Assembly: GCF_018350175.1 (NCBI RefSeq)
Contig: NC_058368.1
Coordinates: 142,044,001 to 142,108,000, forward strand
Length of the DNA stretch: 64,000 nt
From: Felis catus
Lineage: Eukaryota
Direction: 5' to 3'
The position numbers and the translations under genes were made by a program. Each line of letters starts with the position of its first letter. Position 1 is the stretch's first letter. Shown piece after piece: positions 38,559 to 50,394 of the stretch. Under the pieces are notes generated by a model. The model was given only the letters and a program-made list of their open reading frames with translations, ran no database searches and had not been told where the DNA came from.

Positions 38559-38762
38559 GGGGCGCCTAGGGGGCTCAGTCAGTTAAGCCTCCAACTTCAG
38601 CTCAGATCATGATCTCATGGGTTCGTGAGTTTGAGCCCCACATCAGGCTCTCTGCTGTCAGCTCAGAGCCCGCTTCAGAAACTCTGTCCCCTTCTCTATC
38701 TTCCCCTCCCCCACTCATGCTTGCTTTCTCTCTCTCAAAAATAAATAAACATTAAAAACAAA
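38559..38762 (+). mobile_element. Carnivore SINE
   Basis: Head, body, tail; TSD-like tatcaa(g/c)ttca. Confidence 0.9.
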
Positions 38763-39011
38763 TAGATATCAACTTCACTTCTAAAAAATAGTTGGAAAAT
38801 CTTAAAAATGTAATTACACGTAGATAAAGTACAAATTCTTTTTTTAACCAAGGGAGAAAAGTTAATAAGACAGTGATCATTGTTGACTATGGATATACTA
38901 CGGTCAAAAACAGAGAATTCCCAAATAAGAATTTTGTTATCATTTTAGCTCAGTAATGAACTAAATGTATTACAAAATCTGACATCTAAAACCAAAAACT
39001 ATAAGCAAAGG

Positions 39012-39113
39012 CATATATATATACATACATACATATATATATGTATGTGTACACATATATATATATATGTATGTATATATACACACATATATATACACAC
39101 ACACACATATATA
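39012..39113 (+). repeat. Imperfect (TA)/(CA)/(TG) microsatellite
   Basis: Directly visible. Confidence 0.85.
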
Positions 39114-39845
39114 AAAAATTAGGAAATGCCTATTAGTAGCTCTAAGCACTGAAATATTGACAATATAATTTCTTCCTAACATATAAGTCAAATGTCCATT
39201 TACTGAGAAGGTGAAGAATGGGAATATAAAGGTAAGTAAGACTGCCTAGTAAAGAAAGTCCCAAACATAAGCATACCACATAACAGAGATATGTATAAGG
39301 GATTACAGGAATAACAAGAGCACCAATAGAGGCAGGAGGGTTTCTTATAAAAAGTGACATCTCGGATGAATCTTAACAATTTGACTTTAGAACTAAAGAA
39401 AGGAGAAAATTTTCCAGGTAAAGACTAAACAGATGGTAGTAAGATAAAAATATTTTATGTAGAGGACTAATAGCCAGTACCAAGCTACTCAATTCCAGGC
39501 AAGGAGAATAAGGGCTGAGGCTGGAGAGGTAAAACAGGGTCCAGTGATGGACTTTTAATCCATCATAGTAAGCTTGGATCTTATTCTGCAAGCATGTAAA
39601 AAGAAGAGTGATAAGTATGATATAACTTTGACAGTTAACCTGAGTTAATGAGTTTTTACTTTTTATACACTTATAAGTTTATTGCTAACCATTATAATTA
39701 TCTGAACAAACCTTTTAATTCTTTCAAATTCTAGCTCCGGTCTCCCTTCTCCAAGCAGTCTTTCCTAACCCCACTTCATTACATCTTTACATTATGAAGC
39801 CGGGATCACCTCTGAGCCATATCCTATCAAAATCTGGTTCGTGTA

Positions 39846-40054
39846 GGGCACCTGGGTGGCTCAGTCAGTTAAGCGTCCAACTTTGGCTCAGGTCATGATC
39901 TCATGGTCTGTGACTTCAAGCCCAGTGGCAGGCTCTATGCTGACAGCTCAGAGCCTGGAGTGGAGCCTGCTTCAGATTCTGTCTCTCCCTCTCTCTGCCA
40001 CTCCCCCACTCGTGCTCTGTCTCTCTCTCTCAAATATAAATAAACATTAAAAAA
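39846..40054 (+). mobile_element. Carnivore SINE
   Basis: Head, body and tail. Confidence 0.9.
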
Positions 40055-40868
40055 ATCATGGCCTTTGTGTGCGTGTGTGTGTGCATCATATGCTAATATC
40101 TTATTTAATTATAAACTGCCTTTCATTGGTATCTGTTTTATTTTTTTCACCAAATATGTGTTAATACACCCTCTACCATTTTCATACACCTTACACATAT
40201 AACCTGACACCAAAACCACAAAACGATCTTGATAAAAGCTTTTGGAATCAATGGTAACAGAAATTAATACCAAATTATTACAGATAATAACTCTTTTACT
40301 TAAGCAATTTGTTTCCCACAAACATCGAGGCATCATATGATATTTTAATAAATATCATACAAATATGGTATGGTGCTGTATTTCAAAATGAGCATTTTAA
40401 AATTCAATAAAATACCTCTAGACAAGAATCAAGCAAGGAAGGGAACATCAGAAAGGAATGGAAAGAAGGATGGAAAAGGTGGAAGAAAGGAGAACAAAGT
40501 AAGCTGAAAAGATAATACGCATAAGATTCTACCCTATAATGAACAGAAAAAAATCTTAAGTTTCTCATAATTTATGTGTATGTGTACATGACAGACACAC
40601 TACATAAATGACAATTAAAATTCCATTCAGTTTTAAGTTATAAAATCTATACATTATCACAGGTCCTAACAGGCTCACAAGTAAAAACCAGGATAGGGTC
40701 TCTATAACCCAAATAAAATTAAAGATGTCTAAAGAATGTGAGGAGAAAAACAGTCACTGGGTTTTGCTTAGTATAAGGATAAGCCTTAATTATAAGGCTA
40801 ATAAAATAAGCCTCCATGGGCTATAACATTCCATATAACATTTTTGGTATTATTAACAAAGCACCTAC

Positions 40869-41029
40869 CTGTACAATTTCTGTATTGCATGGGCTGCATT
40901 CTTCCTAACATATGGTGATAAATCAGCAGAAGCCTCCTTAATAGCAAGCATCATAATAGGTACAATAATTGGTACTCTAATACTTGACAGAACTCTCAAA
41001 GCACTTGCACGGATTAGTTGATTTGGGTC
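40869..41029 (-). CDS. AP3B1: AP3B1 coding exon (exon 5 equivalent), [53 protein letters not shown](S)
   Basis: ttctag acceptor, CAG|gtaggt donor; 161 nt; ends in phase 2. Confidence 0.97.
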
Positions 41030-41128
41030 CTAGAAAGAGTGTAAAAATATGCATCAAAATCTCAAGTTTAATATTTCAAAGATATCTCTATGAGACAGCT
41101 AACAGGTGCTCACAGGATTCAATGTAAC

Positions 41129-41129
<1 letters not shown>

Positions 41130-41178
<49 letters not shown>
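41130..41178 (+). repeat. (CA)n microsatellite, about 24 units
   Basis: Directly visible, about 100 bp upstream of the exon 5 acceptor in transcript orientation. Confidence 0.95.
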
Positions 41179-41183
<5 letters not shown>

Positions 41184-41369
41184 TTTAAAGAACCAGTATA
41201 TGAACACTGGATAAGGAAAAAGAGTTACTAAATGTTTATTTCTTCGAACAAGAAAAGTAATGGTTATAATTCTAGTTGATCATTCATTACTAAACATGTT
41301 GGGTTTTTAGAGTTTCACAATGACACAACGCTGCAGGCTATAAATTTTCTCTTTAAAAAGTCACATCCC

Positions 41370-41618
41370 GGGGTGCCTGGGTGGCGCAGTCGGTTAAGCA
41401 TCCGACTTCAGCCAGGTCACGATCTCGCGGTCCATGAGTTCGAGCCCTGCATCAGGCTCTGGGCGGATGGCTCGGAGCCTGGAGCCTGTTTCCCATTCTG
41501 TGTCTCCCTCTCTCTCTGCCCCTCCCCTGTTCATGCTCTGTCCCTCCTGTCCCAAAAATAAATAAAAACGTTGAAAAAAATTTAAAAAAAAAATAAAAAA
41601 TAAATAAAATAAATAAAT
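41370..41618 (+). mobile_element. Young felid SINE (left member of the stack)
   Basis: TSD aaaaagtcacatccc. Confidence 0.93.
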
Positions 41619-41633
41619 AAAAAGTCACATCCC

Positions 41634-41766
41634 AACTGAGGGTTGATGGGGGGTGGGAGGGAGGGGAGGGTGGGTGATGGGTATTGAGGAGGGCACCTTT
41701 TGGGATGAGCACTGGGTGTTGTATGGAAACCAATTTGACAATAAATTTCATATATTGAAAAAAAAA
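41634..41766 (+). mobile_element. Young, severely 5'-truncated felid L1 3' end
   Basis: G-rich tract, gatgagcactgggtgttgtatggaaaccaatttgacaataaa, A tail; perfect 15-bp TSD. Confidence 0.9.
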
Positions 41767-41781
41767 AAAAAGTCACATCCC

Positions 41782-41977
41782 GGGGCGCCTGGGTGGCTCA
41801 GTCGGCCACCGACTTCAGCTCAGGTCACGATCTTATGGTCCGTGAGTTCGAGCCCCGCGTTGGGCTCTGGGATGGCTCAGAGCCTGAAGCCTGCTTCAGA
41901 TTCTGTGTCTCCCTCTCTCTCTGACTCTCCCCCGTTCATGCTCTGTCTCTGTCTCAAAAATAAATAAACTTAAAAAA
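41782..41977 (+). mobile_element. Felid SINE (right member of the stack)
   Basis: TSD aaaaagtcacatccc; small internal deletions. Confidence 0.93.
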
Positions 41978-42273
41978 AAAAAGTCACATCCCCTCATTGC
42001 ACACTTTCAACAATTAGGTATAGTGATGAAGAGTTCTTGGGTGCATGATAAGGATTACGAAGAACATAAAGAAACATGTAGAAAATGAAACAGAGAGAAA
42101 AATCTAGTTGGTTATATACATATTATTTTCTGAGGACACTGAATAGGCAATGTGAGAGGCCTTTCAAAACAATACTGCGCCATTTAGTAGATTACTGGTC
42201 CACTTCTTTAAATAACACACCTTCAGCTTTGCACAAATCTTGTAGCTATTTGCTGGCTCACTCTACTATTTAC

Positions 42274-42369
42274 CTTCAGAGCTCGCTGAAAAGTGCTTAT
42301 GGACAAGAGTGCCAGATCCTGCTGTTCTTCAGCATACCGGACCAGGTAAACATACACTAACTTCTTGAT
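42274..42369 (-). CDS. AP3B1: AP3B1 coding exon (exon 4 equivalent), [32 protein letters not shown]
   Basis: T-rich tract plus aacag acceptor, AAG|gtaaat donor; 96 nt; in frame with neighbouring exons. Confidence 0.97.
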
Positions 42370-42599
42370 CTGTTAAAAAAAAAAGAAAAGAAAAAAATCA
42401 CGTAATGCTAGCCAGACTGAAAATTAAAAATTCATTATTTTGTATACCAAATCCATTCTCAATTTTTGTGAAATAAAATAACTGAACCTGGTCATAGCTT
42501 ATATTATGATATAAAGATAATATACTGTAGCATGAGGAATGGCAACAGAAAAAACTTGTGAAATAAGCATTTTGATAATCCAATCTATAACAGCAACAT

Positions 42600-43069
42600 G
42601 TTGTTCTGTAACAACATTCCAAAAAGTCTTGAGGGCTAACTTACTTCAAGCTTATATACTCCTTGCTTGCTGACCTAAGTCCCTTTGGTCCTGAGATGAA
42701 CTAACCTACTCTTCTTGAGATCTGCAGACCACCGGCCTTAAGGAGAGAAGGACCAGGCTTTCCCAAAAGAGAAGTCCTGACCATATTTGATGCCAGCAGG
42801 TCTGCTCGGGGTCGTGTCGACATACGCCATTCCCCTAGGCACCACCTCCTCCTGCAGACCTACCCCCAACCCCCAAAGCCCCTTTGAAACCTTCTGGCTT
42901 TGCCTGGACAGGAAAGATGGTCTCTGGGACATGAGTCCACCATCTTCCCAGGCTGCTGGCTTCCTGAATAAAGTGACATTTCCTTTCCCACCATCACTTG
43001 TCCTTCTACTGATTTTCAAGCAGTGAGCAGGTGAACCTGAGTTCAGAACCAGTTCTCTGTCGGGTAACA
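42600..43069 (+). mobile_element. Probable solo LTR of a carnivore endogenous retrovirus
   Basis: GC-richer island; gggacatgagtccaccatcttcccaggctgctggcttcctgAATAAAg; ends ggtaaCA; 5' boundary and TSD not resolved. Confidence 0.65.
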
Positions 43070-43126
43070 CTTTCTCTCAAAGGGAATAAAAAAAATCCCT
43101 GAGCAAAACTCAGACAAGAATATTAA

Positions 43127-43335
43127 GGGGCGCCTGGGTGGCTCAGCTGGTTGAGTGTCTGACTCTTGATTTTGGCTCAGGTCATGATCTCATAGTTCAT
43201 GGAATTGAGCCCCGTGTTGGGTTCTGCGCTGACCTCACAAAACATGCTTGAGATTCTGTCTCCTTCTCTGTCTGTCCCTCACTGGCTCTCTCTCTCTCTC
43301 TCTCAAAATAAAGAAAAATAAACTTAAAAAAGAAA
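43127..43335 (+). mobile_element. Carnivore SINE
   Basis: Head, body, tail; TSD aagaa(t/c)att. Confidence 0.9.
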
Positions 43336-44013
43336 AAGAACATTCTTTAAATGTTATATTAAAATATAACTGAATTATGAAAGTATTTTCAAAATGAAGG
43401 ATAAAAATACTAGAAAGAACTTGGATTCTATCCTCTAGCTACATGGTATATATATATGAACTTATGTCTCCTCATCAAAAGGTGTTGGAGCCGCAACTCT
43501 GATTGTATGGTAATATTCACATTCACATTCCAATATATATTACATGATATTTTCAGCTCAGTAAGAATAAGGTATGACAATACCAATTTAATGTGATAAA
43601 AACTCCATAAGACTGGGAGTATCTGACAACTGTTCTAAATGGCAATTTAATCAGTTAAGTCTAAAACAGCATTATGATGAACAGAAAAATTAAATAAAAA
43701 TTAAAATGTGAGTCGAAATTCATCAACTGCTTCCTTCTGACATAGCTCATACACTATAATCTTCCTTCTGAAATATCTTCAGATACCACTGCCTGAGTAG
43801 TTTTTTTATGCATCAGCAGAGTACAGACCTAAAAGTTTATGGAATGTTCAAAGAGCACAGGAAATGAGAGGAAGTAACTGGATATAGCTGGAATTGATGC
43901 TAGAAAGGAAAAAGTGCTACACCAGGCCATATTTTATGTCATACTAACCAATATGAACTTCTTTAAAGACAACTACTTCCTTCATACTCCACTTTCCTCT
44001 GACACAACATAGT

Positions 44014-44111
44014 TTTGTTTTAAGTAAGCGCTAGGCCCAACGTGAGGCTTGCACTTACAACCCCAAGATCAAGAGTCGTGTGCTCTACCAACTAAGCCAG
44101 CCAGGCACCCC
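44014..44111 (-). mobile_element. Short old carnivore SINE
   Basis: gatcaagagtcgtgtgctctaccaactaagccagccaggcacccc; imperfect TSD. Confidence 0.8.
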
Positions 44112-45020
44112 AACACAGCGTAGTTTTGAGTTCCTTCACTATCCTGTTTGCTTTCTTCTGAACTCACTCCAATTTGTCTATATTTCTTTCAGTGTAGAAC
44201 CCCAAACTACAAATGAAGTTTAAGTAGAACAAACAAGTTAAGGCTACGTTCCATGTAAGGTGCTTCCACTGACACAACTAAATCTTAAAAATAAAAATAT
44301 ACATTTTCTAAAAGTACACTGACTACATTAAGCCATACTGAGTAAATATCCTGGTGGGGTTTTTCTCTTTTAAAAAGAAATGGTGCTAAACACACCATTT
44401 TAAGTTGATACCAATCCATTTTTCTATACTATATAGACAGGGTTATAGATGACAGTAACAAAAAAATTATCTCCAAATACTCTTCAGTGGTGAATGGATC
44501 GACAAAGTCCTAAAAACAAAACTAAAACCCTTAAAAAATTAAAACTCAGTGCCCAATGCAGTCCATCATCTGCCCCAAAATTCCTTTCTTCGCAACCAGG
44601 TATTTAAGTTCCTAAGATCACAACAATGCCAAAAGACAATAAACACTTCCTAGTTGACTGATTTGTAGCATTTTCAATATAGCAAATCAACACACAGACA
44701 CATGTAAGATATTTCCCAAATCCATCTTAGGATGAACATGGGGCTACTTAATGCAGGAACCATTCCTATTCACCTATATATTCGCAGAACCTATCATAAT
44801 GGCTGGCATGTGGTAAGAGCTCAATAATTAGCTGAATGAAACATCACAGCCCAGTGGTATACTGAAAAAATTTAAGGTTGTTCTCATTAAATTGCTATAT
44901 CAGGAATCTAACTTCCACCAATGGTTATAATTCACCAAACAGATTCCTAGATAAAACACCAACATACTGTGAGGAAATGATGCATATTAAGAAGATTGTC
45001 TCCAAAAGTCTTTAACTTGT

Positions 45021-45271
45021 AAATTATTGTTTTGCTTTGATAGAGAGCACAAGAGCATAAGCGGGAGAGAGGGGCAGATGGGGAAGGGGAGAAAAGGTGA
45101 GAGAGAGAGAGAAAGAGCGAGAGAGAAAGAGAAAGAGAGAGAGAGAATCTCAAGCAGGTTCCACGCCCAGCAGAGAGCCCGACACGGGACTCAATCCCAT
45201 GACCCTGGGACCATGACCTGAGCCGAAATCAAGAGTCAGATGTTCAACCGACTAAGCCACCCAGGCACCCC
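45021..45271 (-). mobile_element. Carnivore SINE
   Basis: TSD taacttgt. Confidence 0.9.
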
Positions 45272-46609
45272 TAACTTGTGGGATTTTTAAAAATTAATCA
45301 TTTAAAATGTTCTTTCTTCATATTAATTATATTCAGACCCAGTCTACAGTTCTCTGGAAAGTTTTGGAAGAAATAGGTTAGAGTCCACCCATCCCCTCAT
45401 CTTCCTGTGATTTATTTCTCAGCAACACCTTTATTTACGAAGTAACTGTACAACCAACTTTTAAAGCTGAATTATGAACTCCAGAATATATCCAGGGGTT
45501 TATATTGGCAACACTGAAACATTCAGAACCACAGCTGAGCTAGCAGGCATTGCTGTAATTACTGACTATTGGAGAAGGACTTTTGTGCCTGTTATAGCAA
45601 AAAGCATAACAATATTAAATCACAGAAGGTTGCAAAACACCAAATTTGTTCTAGTTCTGTTATAAGAATCAATCAATATTGACCACAAGAGGCCTGTGCA
45701 CTGACTGGCTGCAGGTGTGCAGAGAAAGCCTAGTTTCCCTGAAACCATTCTGTGACCAGAAATGGGAGTACTTAAAGCTCCGTGACTACACCATTCTCTG
45801 ATCAGTTACCTCCATTCAATGTTACAACACTCCTTGCTGTAAAGCTAATCATAGCAGAGCCCCAGTAGGCTGGCAGAACACAGGCAGATCTGTTTAATTA
45901 GTTTATCAATACTAGTACATCAAACTTCATGAGTTATTGACTAAACCTTTGATTATTTTTGTACTATAACCACTGATTGCTTACTAGGTAACTTTTGGTA
46001 TCATTTGACATCAAATGGAAGATGACGTACAGCTTAACTGTGTGTCTAAGGCAGCATGTACTTATAAAAATGAAATTTTGCACTTGATAGCAATGAAACA
46101 TCAGTCAATTCTCTAAACATAAATTTTAAAAAGCTTATGTCAGTTTTCTCATATTAGAGGATTAAGCATGTTTCAAAAAACAACGTAATTCAAGAAGAAA
46201 AGAAACCCAAACAAATACACCAATAATTATGTTTATAGGGACATTTTTGTTGCAGAACATTACGCAGTATATGAGAATCTGAGTGTAAAGGGAAGAGATG
46301 AACAAATAGGAAAGTTCTATTATAACTACCTGAACAGTACAAACAGTTTTGGATGAACAATAAATAACATAGAATTTTCTGTTTACAAGAAGACTAGAAG
46401 TCCAGGGGGAACTAGTTAATTTACCACCAATTTCTAAGGACTTCCTCATTTCTACCCATCTCTAAGTCATACGAATAGTTATATCAAGGCCAGATACCTC
46501 CCAAAGGATAGCTAATACCAGATGTTGATAAGGGGCCAAAGTCACTAAGGGAGAGGAGGAGGAGGAAGAAAGCATCAAGCAGGAAGGATGGCTCTAAAAA
46601 GGGGAATGG

Positions 46610-46810
46610 TCTAAGATGGGTTCTGAAGCCAAGCCACCTGGCTTTGGATTCTGACTGTGAAATATGACCTTGATCTGATAATTTAACCTCTCTGTTACCT
46701 TGTCCTCATATATAAAATATGGGAAATGACAGAATCAACCTCACAGAGTTATTTGTGACGATAAAATGAGTTGATATATGTAAGGTACTAACAACCTCGC
46801 ACAGAAAGCA
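46610..46810 (+). mobile_element. MIR
   Basis: tgaccttga...tttaacctctctgttacct...tcctcatatataaaatatgggaaatgacagaatcaacctcacagagtt. Confidence 0.75.
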
Positions 46811-47544
46811 TCTTTTAATGCTTTCTCTAGCATTTCTCTAGAGACTCCAGTCCTAAAACACTAAGATAACAGCACTACCTATATCTCACAATTTTTCTAA
46901 GTCAAATCTCAATTTTTTTCAGATACCTGCACTTACATCAGAAGCCATAAAACGACATCAAATTAGAAGCTCAGATAGCATGACCATAATATATCAAAGA
47001 GAGTTTAACTCTTGATATTATCAATTCAGAAGTATATAGTAACAAGCATACAAATATTGTTTAATAAATATCTATTAAATTAGTGACAAGTCAAATTTGC
47101 AAATACTAGATTACATACATATAGCCTACATTTCTCCTATTAATTGGACTCTTAGAAAGAATGGTTTATCAAGTTAATTTAAGTCCAATATTAAATTAAT
47201 TGTTTTGATTTTAATTTACCCGAGTCAGTCAAATTGATTTTATGATGACTAATCATTTTGATAGCAAAATTCACCTATTCCAAATATATAATGTATTTAT
47301 TATCTAATAAAAATTTATGTATTCTTGAATAAGTTTCTAAAAATGGGTTTGAAGTATATATGTTTAAAACCCTATAATATTTTCTAATAATGTTAAAATG
47401 GTGAAGGAAAAATAATTATTTTTATATATGTAAATGTGTACTCTAGAAATGTATAAAATATACTTCGCTTTATTTTTCCAGATCTTGAATATGTAAATGC
47501 AAGATTATTTAAACTAACTTACCTTATACGAGAAAAAACTATTT

Positions 47545-47761
47545 TTTTTTTAATTTTTTTTTAACGTTTATTTTTGAGACAGAGAGAGACAGAGCATGAA
47601 TGGGGGAGGGTCAGAGAGAGAGGGAGACACAGAATCTGAAACAGGCTCCAGGCTCTGAGCGGTCAGCACAGAGCCCGACGCGGGGCTCGAACTCACAGAC
47701 TGTGAGATCATGACCTGAGCTGAAGTAGGCCGCTTAACCGACTGAGCCACCCAGGCGCCCC
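47545..47761 (-). mobile_element. Felid carnivore SINE
   Basis: TSD gagaaaaaactattt. Confidence 0.93.
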
Positions 47762-49164
47762 GAGAAAAAACTATTTAAACTACTAGTATACTTTATATTA
47801 GAGACATAGCAACACCAATTCACTGTCATAGTGTTAAAATAATATCTAAGAGTCCACTTCACGTCAATCTTGTATTTGTATTATATACAAATGAAGTGTG
47901 ACCTAGCTACTCCTATTGCTGTACTTAAAAAATTCATCATTCTCATCATGATTATTTTATTCACTCTTATTCTTTCCTGTACCTAAGCAATTGTTCCTTT
48001 AAAAAAAAAATGCCTCATTTTTACAACTAAAAATACTTAAGCACTGACTATAAAGTTGCTAATGGTACATAGCTCACTCAGTATATTCTGGCCGTAAAGC
48101 ACTAGAAGACACTGCTATAGAAGTCTGATACAGAGACTGGAAAAGATGATGAAAATTTTCAAGTACGTCATCACTTATAAATTGAAAATTCCACACAGAA
48201 AGTAGGGAAAGCTGAGCCTAATGTTTCATTTGATCAATAACATTCCATGTATTTTTAAGGCTTTAGAAACAGTTACAGATTTTGATGAAGCTGTAATTTA
48301 ATAATAACTGAGAGACCTGATTTACCCTCCTGCCTTAACCAAATAGAATATCAGGGGCAGGAAATGTAACAATAGTTTCCTATGTTGGACACCAAGCAGT
48401 ACAGAACTGTGAACCCAGAGAGAGGGAAAAGTCAAGCTGAGTACTATCACTAAGCATAAGTCTACCAGCACAGGGGGGCAACTCAAACAGAATTCAGAAG
48501 ATTCACTGTGCTGAGGAGACAAGAGACGAAAGTTCAGAGGCCAAGGTTGCTCAAATTTGCAGAGCAAAAAAACAAACAGGAGGAAACTTCACAGAGACAG
48601 TGAGAGGGAGAGAGAGAGCACACACACACTACAGAGGACCACCATCAAGTCTGAAACGAAGCCCTGACATGCACAAGAAAGAGTGACATAAAACTACCTG
48701 AGGCCAGACCAATCAATCAATCAATCAATAACACCAAAAACAAACACAAGAAAAAAGTACGCATAAGATATCTTAAAGATCACAAAGAACTAGGATTAGT
48801 TCATGCTCCTACCAGCCAGAGAAAATATCTCATAAATACACAGACTGCTGAGTAGAATCCCAAGAAGGCATCACTTTAGGAGTGGGATTAAATTAATCTA
48901 AACTAAAAATATTTCTGAGCTCCCTAATAAAGCTTAAATGTATGCTTTGAAAGAATCAAATAATTCCACATAACTGTGTGCCACAAACAAAAAAAAAGCC
49001 AACACAATTTAAAGGAATACAACAAAATCCACCAACCAGCCACATAAATTTCACAATGTTTAGCATCCAATTAATTAAAAAATTAGGAAAATATGAATCA
49101 TAACCATGAGAAAAATCAATCTATAGAAAAAGACTCAAGTGATAGAAAGGATAGAAGTGGCAGA

Positions 49165-49287
49165 GAGGCGCCTGGTTGGCTCAGTCAGTAGAGCATGTGA
49201 CTCTTGATCCTGGGATCATAACCTTGAGCCCCATATTGGGTGGAGAGTTTACTTAAAAGTAAAATCTTAAAAAAAAAAAAAAAAAAA
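49165..49287 (+). mobile_element. Short old carnivore SINE
   Basis: ggcgcctggttggctcagtcagtagagcatgtgactcttgatc; A tail. Confidence 0.85.
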
Positions 49288-49880
49288 GGAGAAGGGCTTT
49301 ACAGTAACTATTATAAATATGCTCCATATGCCCAAGAAGACAGACAAAAATATGACTATGTTGAGGAGAGAATCACAAGATATAGAAGTGATCCAATGAA
49401 ACATCTAGAGATGAAAAATGTAACAGCTGATTTGATAAATACACCAGAAGAGATGAACAAGTTAGACACAACAAAAGGTAAGGTCAGTTAAGTATACAGC
49501 AATAAAAGCTATCAAAATGAAGCACAGAGAGAAAAGACTGGGAAAAAACTGACGATATTATCAGTGACCAGTAGGACAACATCAATTAGTCTGTATGTGT
49601 ACCAGAAATGCCAAAAGGAGAGAGAAGAGAGAAAATATATTTGTGATAAACTAATGGCTGAAATTTTAAGAAAACTATAACCCACAAATATAAGATGCTC
49701 AACAAACCTGAAGCAGAATAAACATGAAAAAAAATATGTCAAGGCATATCGCAATAAAATTGAAAACCTGTGCTAGAGAGAAAATCTCGAAACCAAGAAG
49801 AGATAAGAAAGACACATTGTACACAATGACACAGAGATTAACAATGACAGTAAACTTGCAGGACAGAAAACAATGAAATA

Positions 49881-49943
49881 TTTTTTTGATGTTTATTTAT
49901 TTTTGAGAGACAGAGAGCAAACAGGGGAGGAACATAGAGAGAA

Positions 49944-49980
<37 letters not shown>

Positions 49981-50106
49981 CCAAAGCAGGCTCCAGGCTC
50001 CGAGCTGTCAGCACAGAGCCTGACACAGGGCTCAAACCACAAACCGTTGAGATCATGAACTGAGCTAAAGTCAGACACCATAACTGACTAAGCCACCCAA
50101 GCACCC
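49881..50106 (-). mobile_element. Carnivore SINE
   Basis: TSD tgaaata(t/c)tttt. Confidence 0.9.
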
Positions 50107-50394
50107 TGAAATACTTTTTAAATACTGAACAAAGAAGACTGTAAACCTAGAACTGTAAATTTTACCAGGCAAAAATATTTTCAAATTGTAAGCAAAATAA
50201 AGACTTTTTAAAACAAAAGCTGAAAGAATTCATTATCAGCAAAACAAAAGAGATGTTAAAGAAGTCCTCTAGTCATAAGGAAAACAATACCAAATAGGCT
50301 ATTTGGACCTATACAAAGGAATGAAGAGGGCCATAAATGGTAAATATGAGAGAACACATGAAAAGACTTTGGGGGAGAGAGGCAGCTCATTTTT

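Larger units (their letters stand above)
48300..50370 (+). mobile_element. Ancient L1M 5'/ORF1 region
   Basis: aaatatgaatcataaccatgagaaaaatcaatctatagaa, agatgctcaacaaacctgaagcagaataaac, aagctgaaagaattcattatcagc. Confidence 0.6.

Noticed and set aside
41647..41681. Strong G-quadruplex motif
   Set aside because: An ordinary part of the L1 3'UTR G-rich tract, not locus-specific.
41355..41992. Repeat-spacer layout resembling a CRISPR array
   Set aside because: Mammalian DNA; the repeats are 15-bp target-site duplications and the spacers are 130-250-bp retroposons; no cas genes.
44050..44111. tRNA-like sequence (also near 14464 and 49165)
   Set aside because: These are tRNA-derived heads of short carnivore SINEs with tails, not intact tRNA genes.
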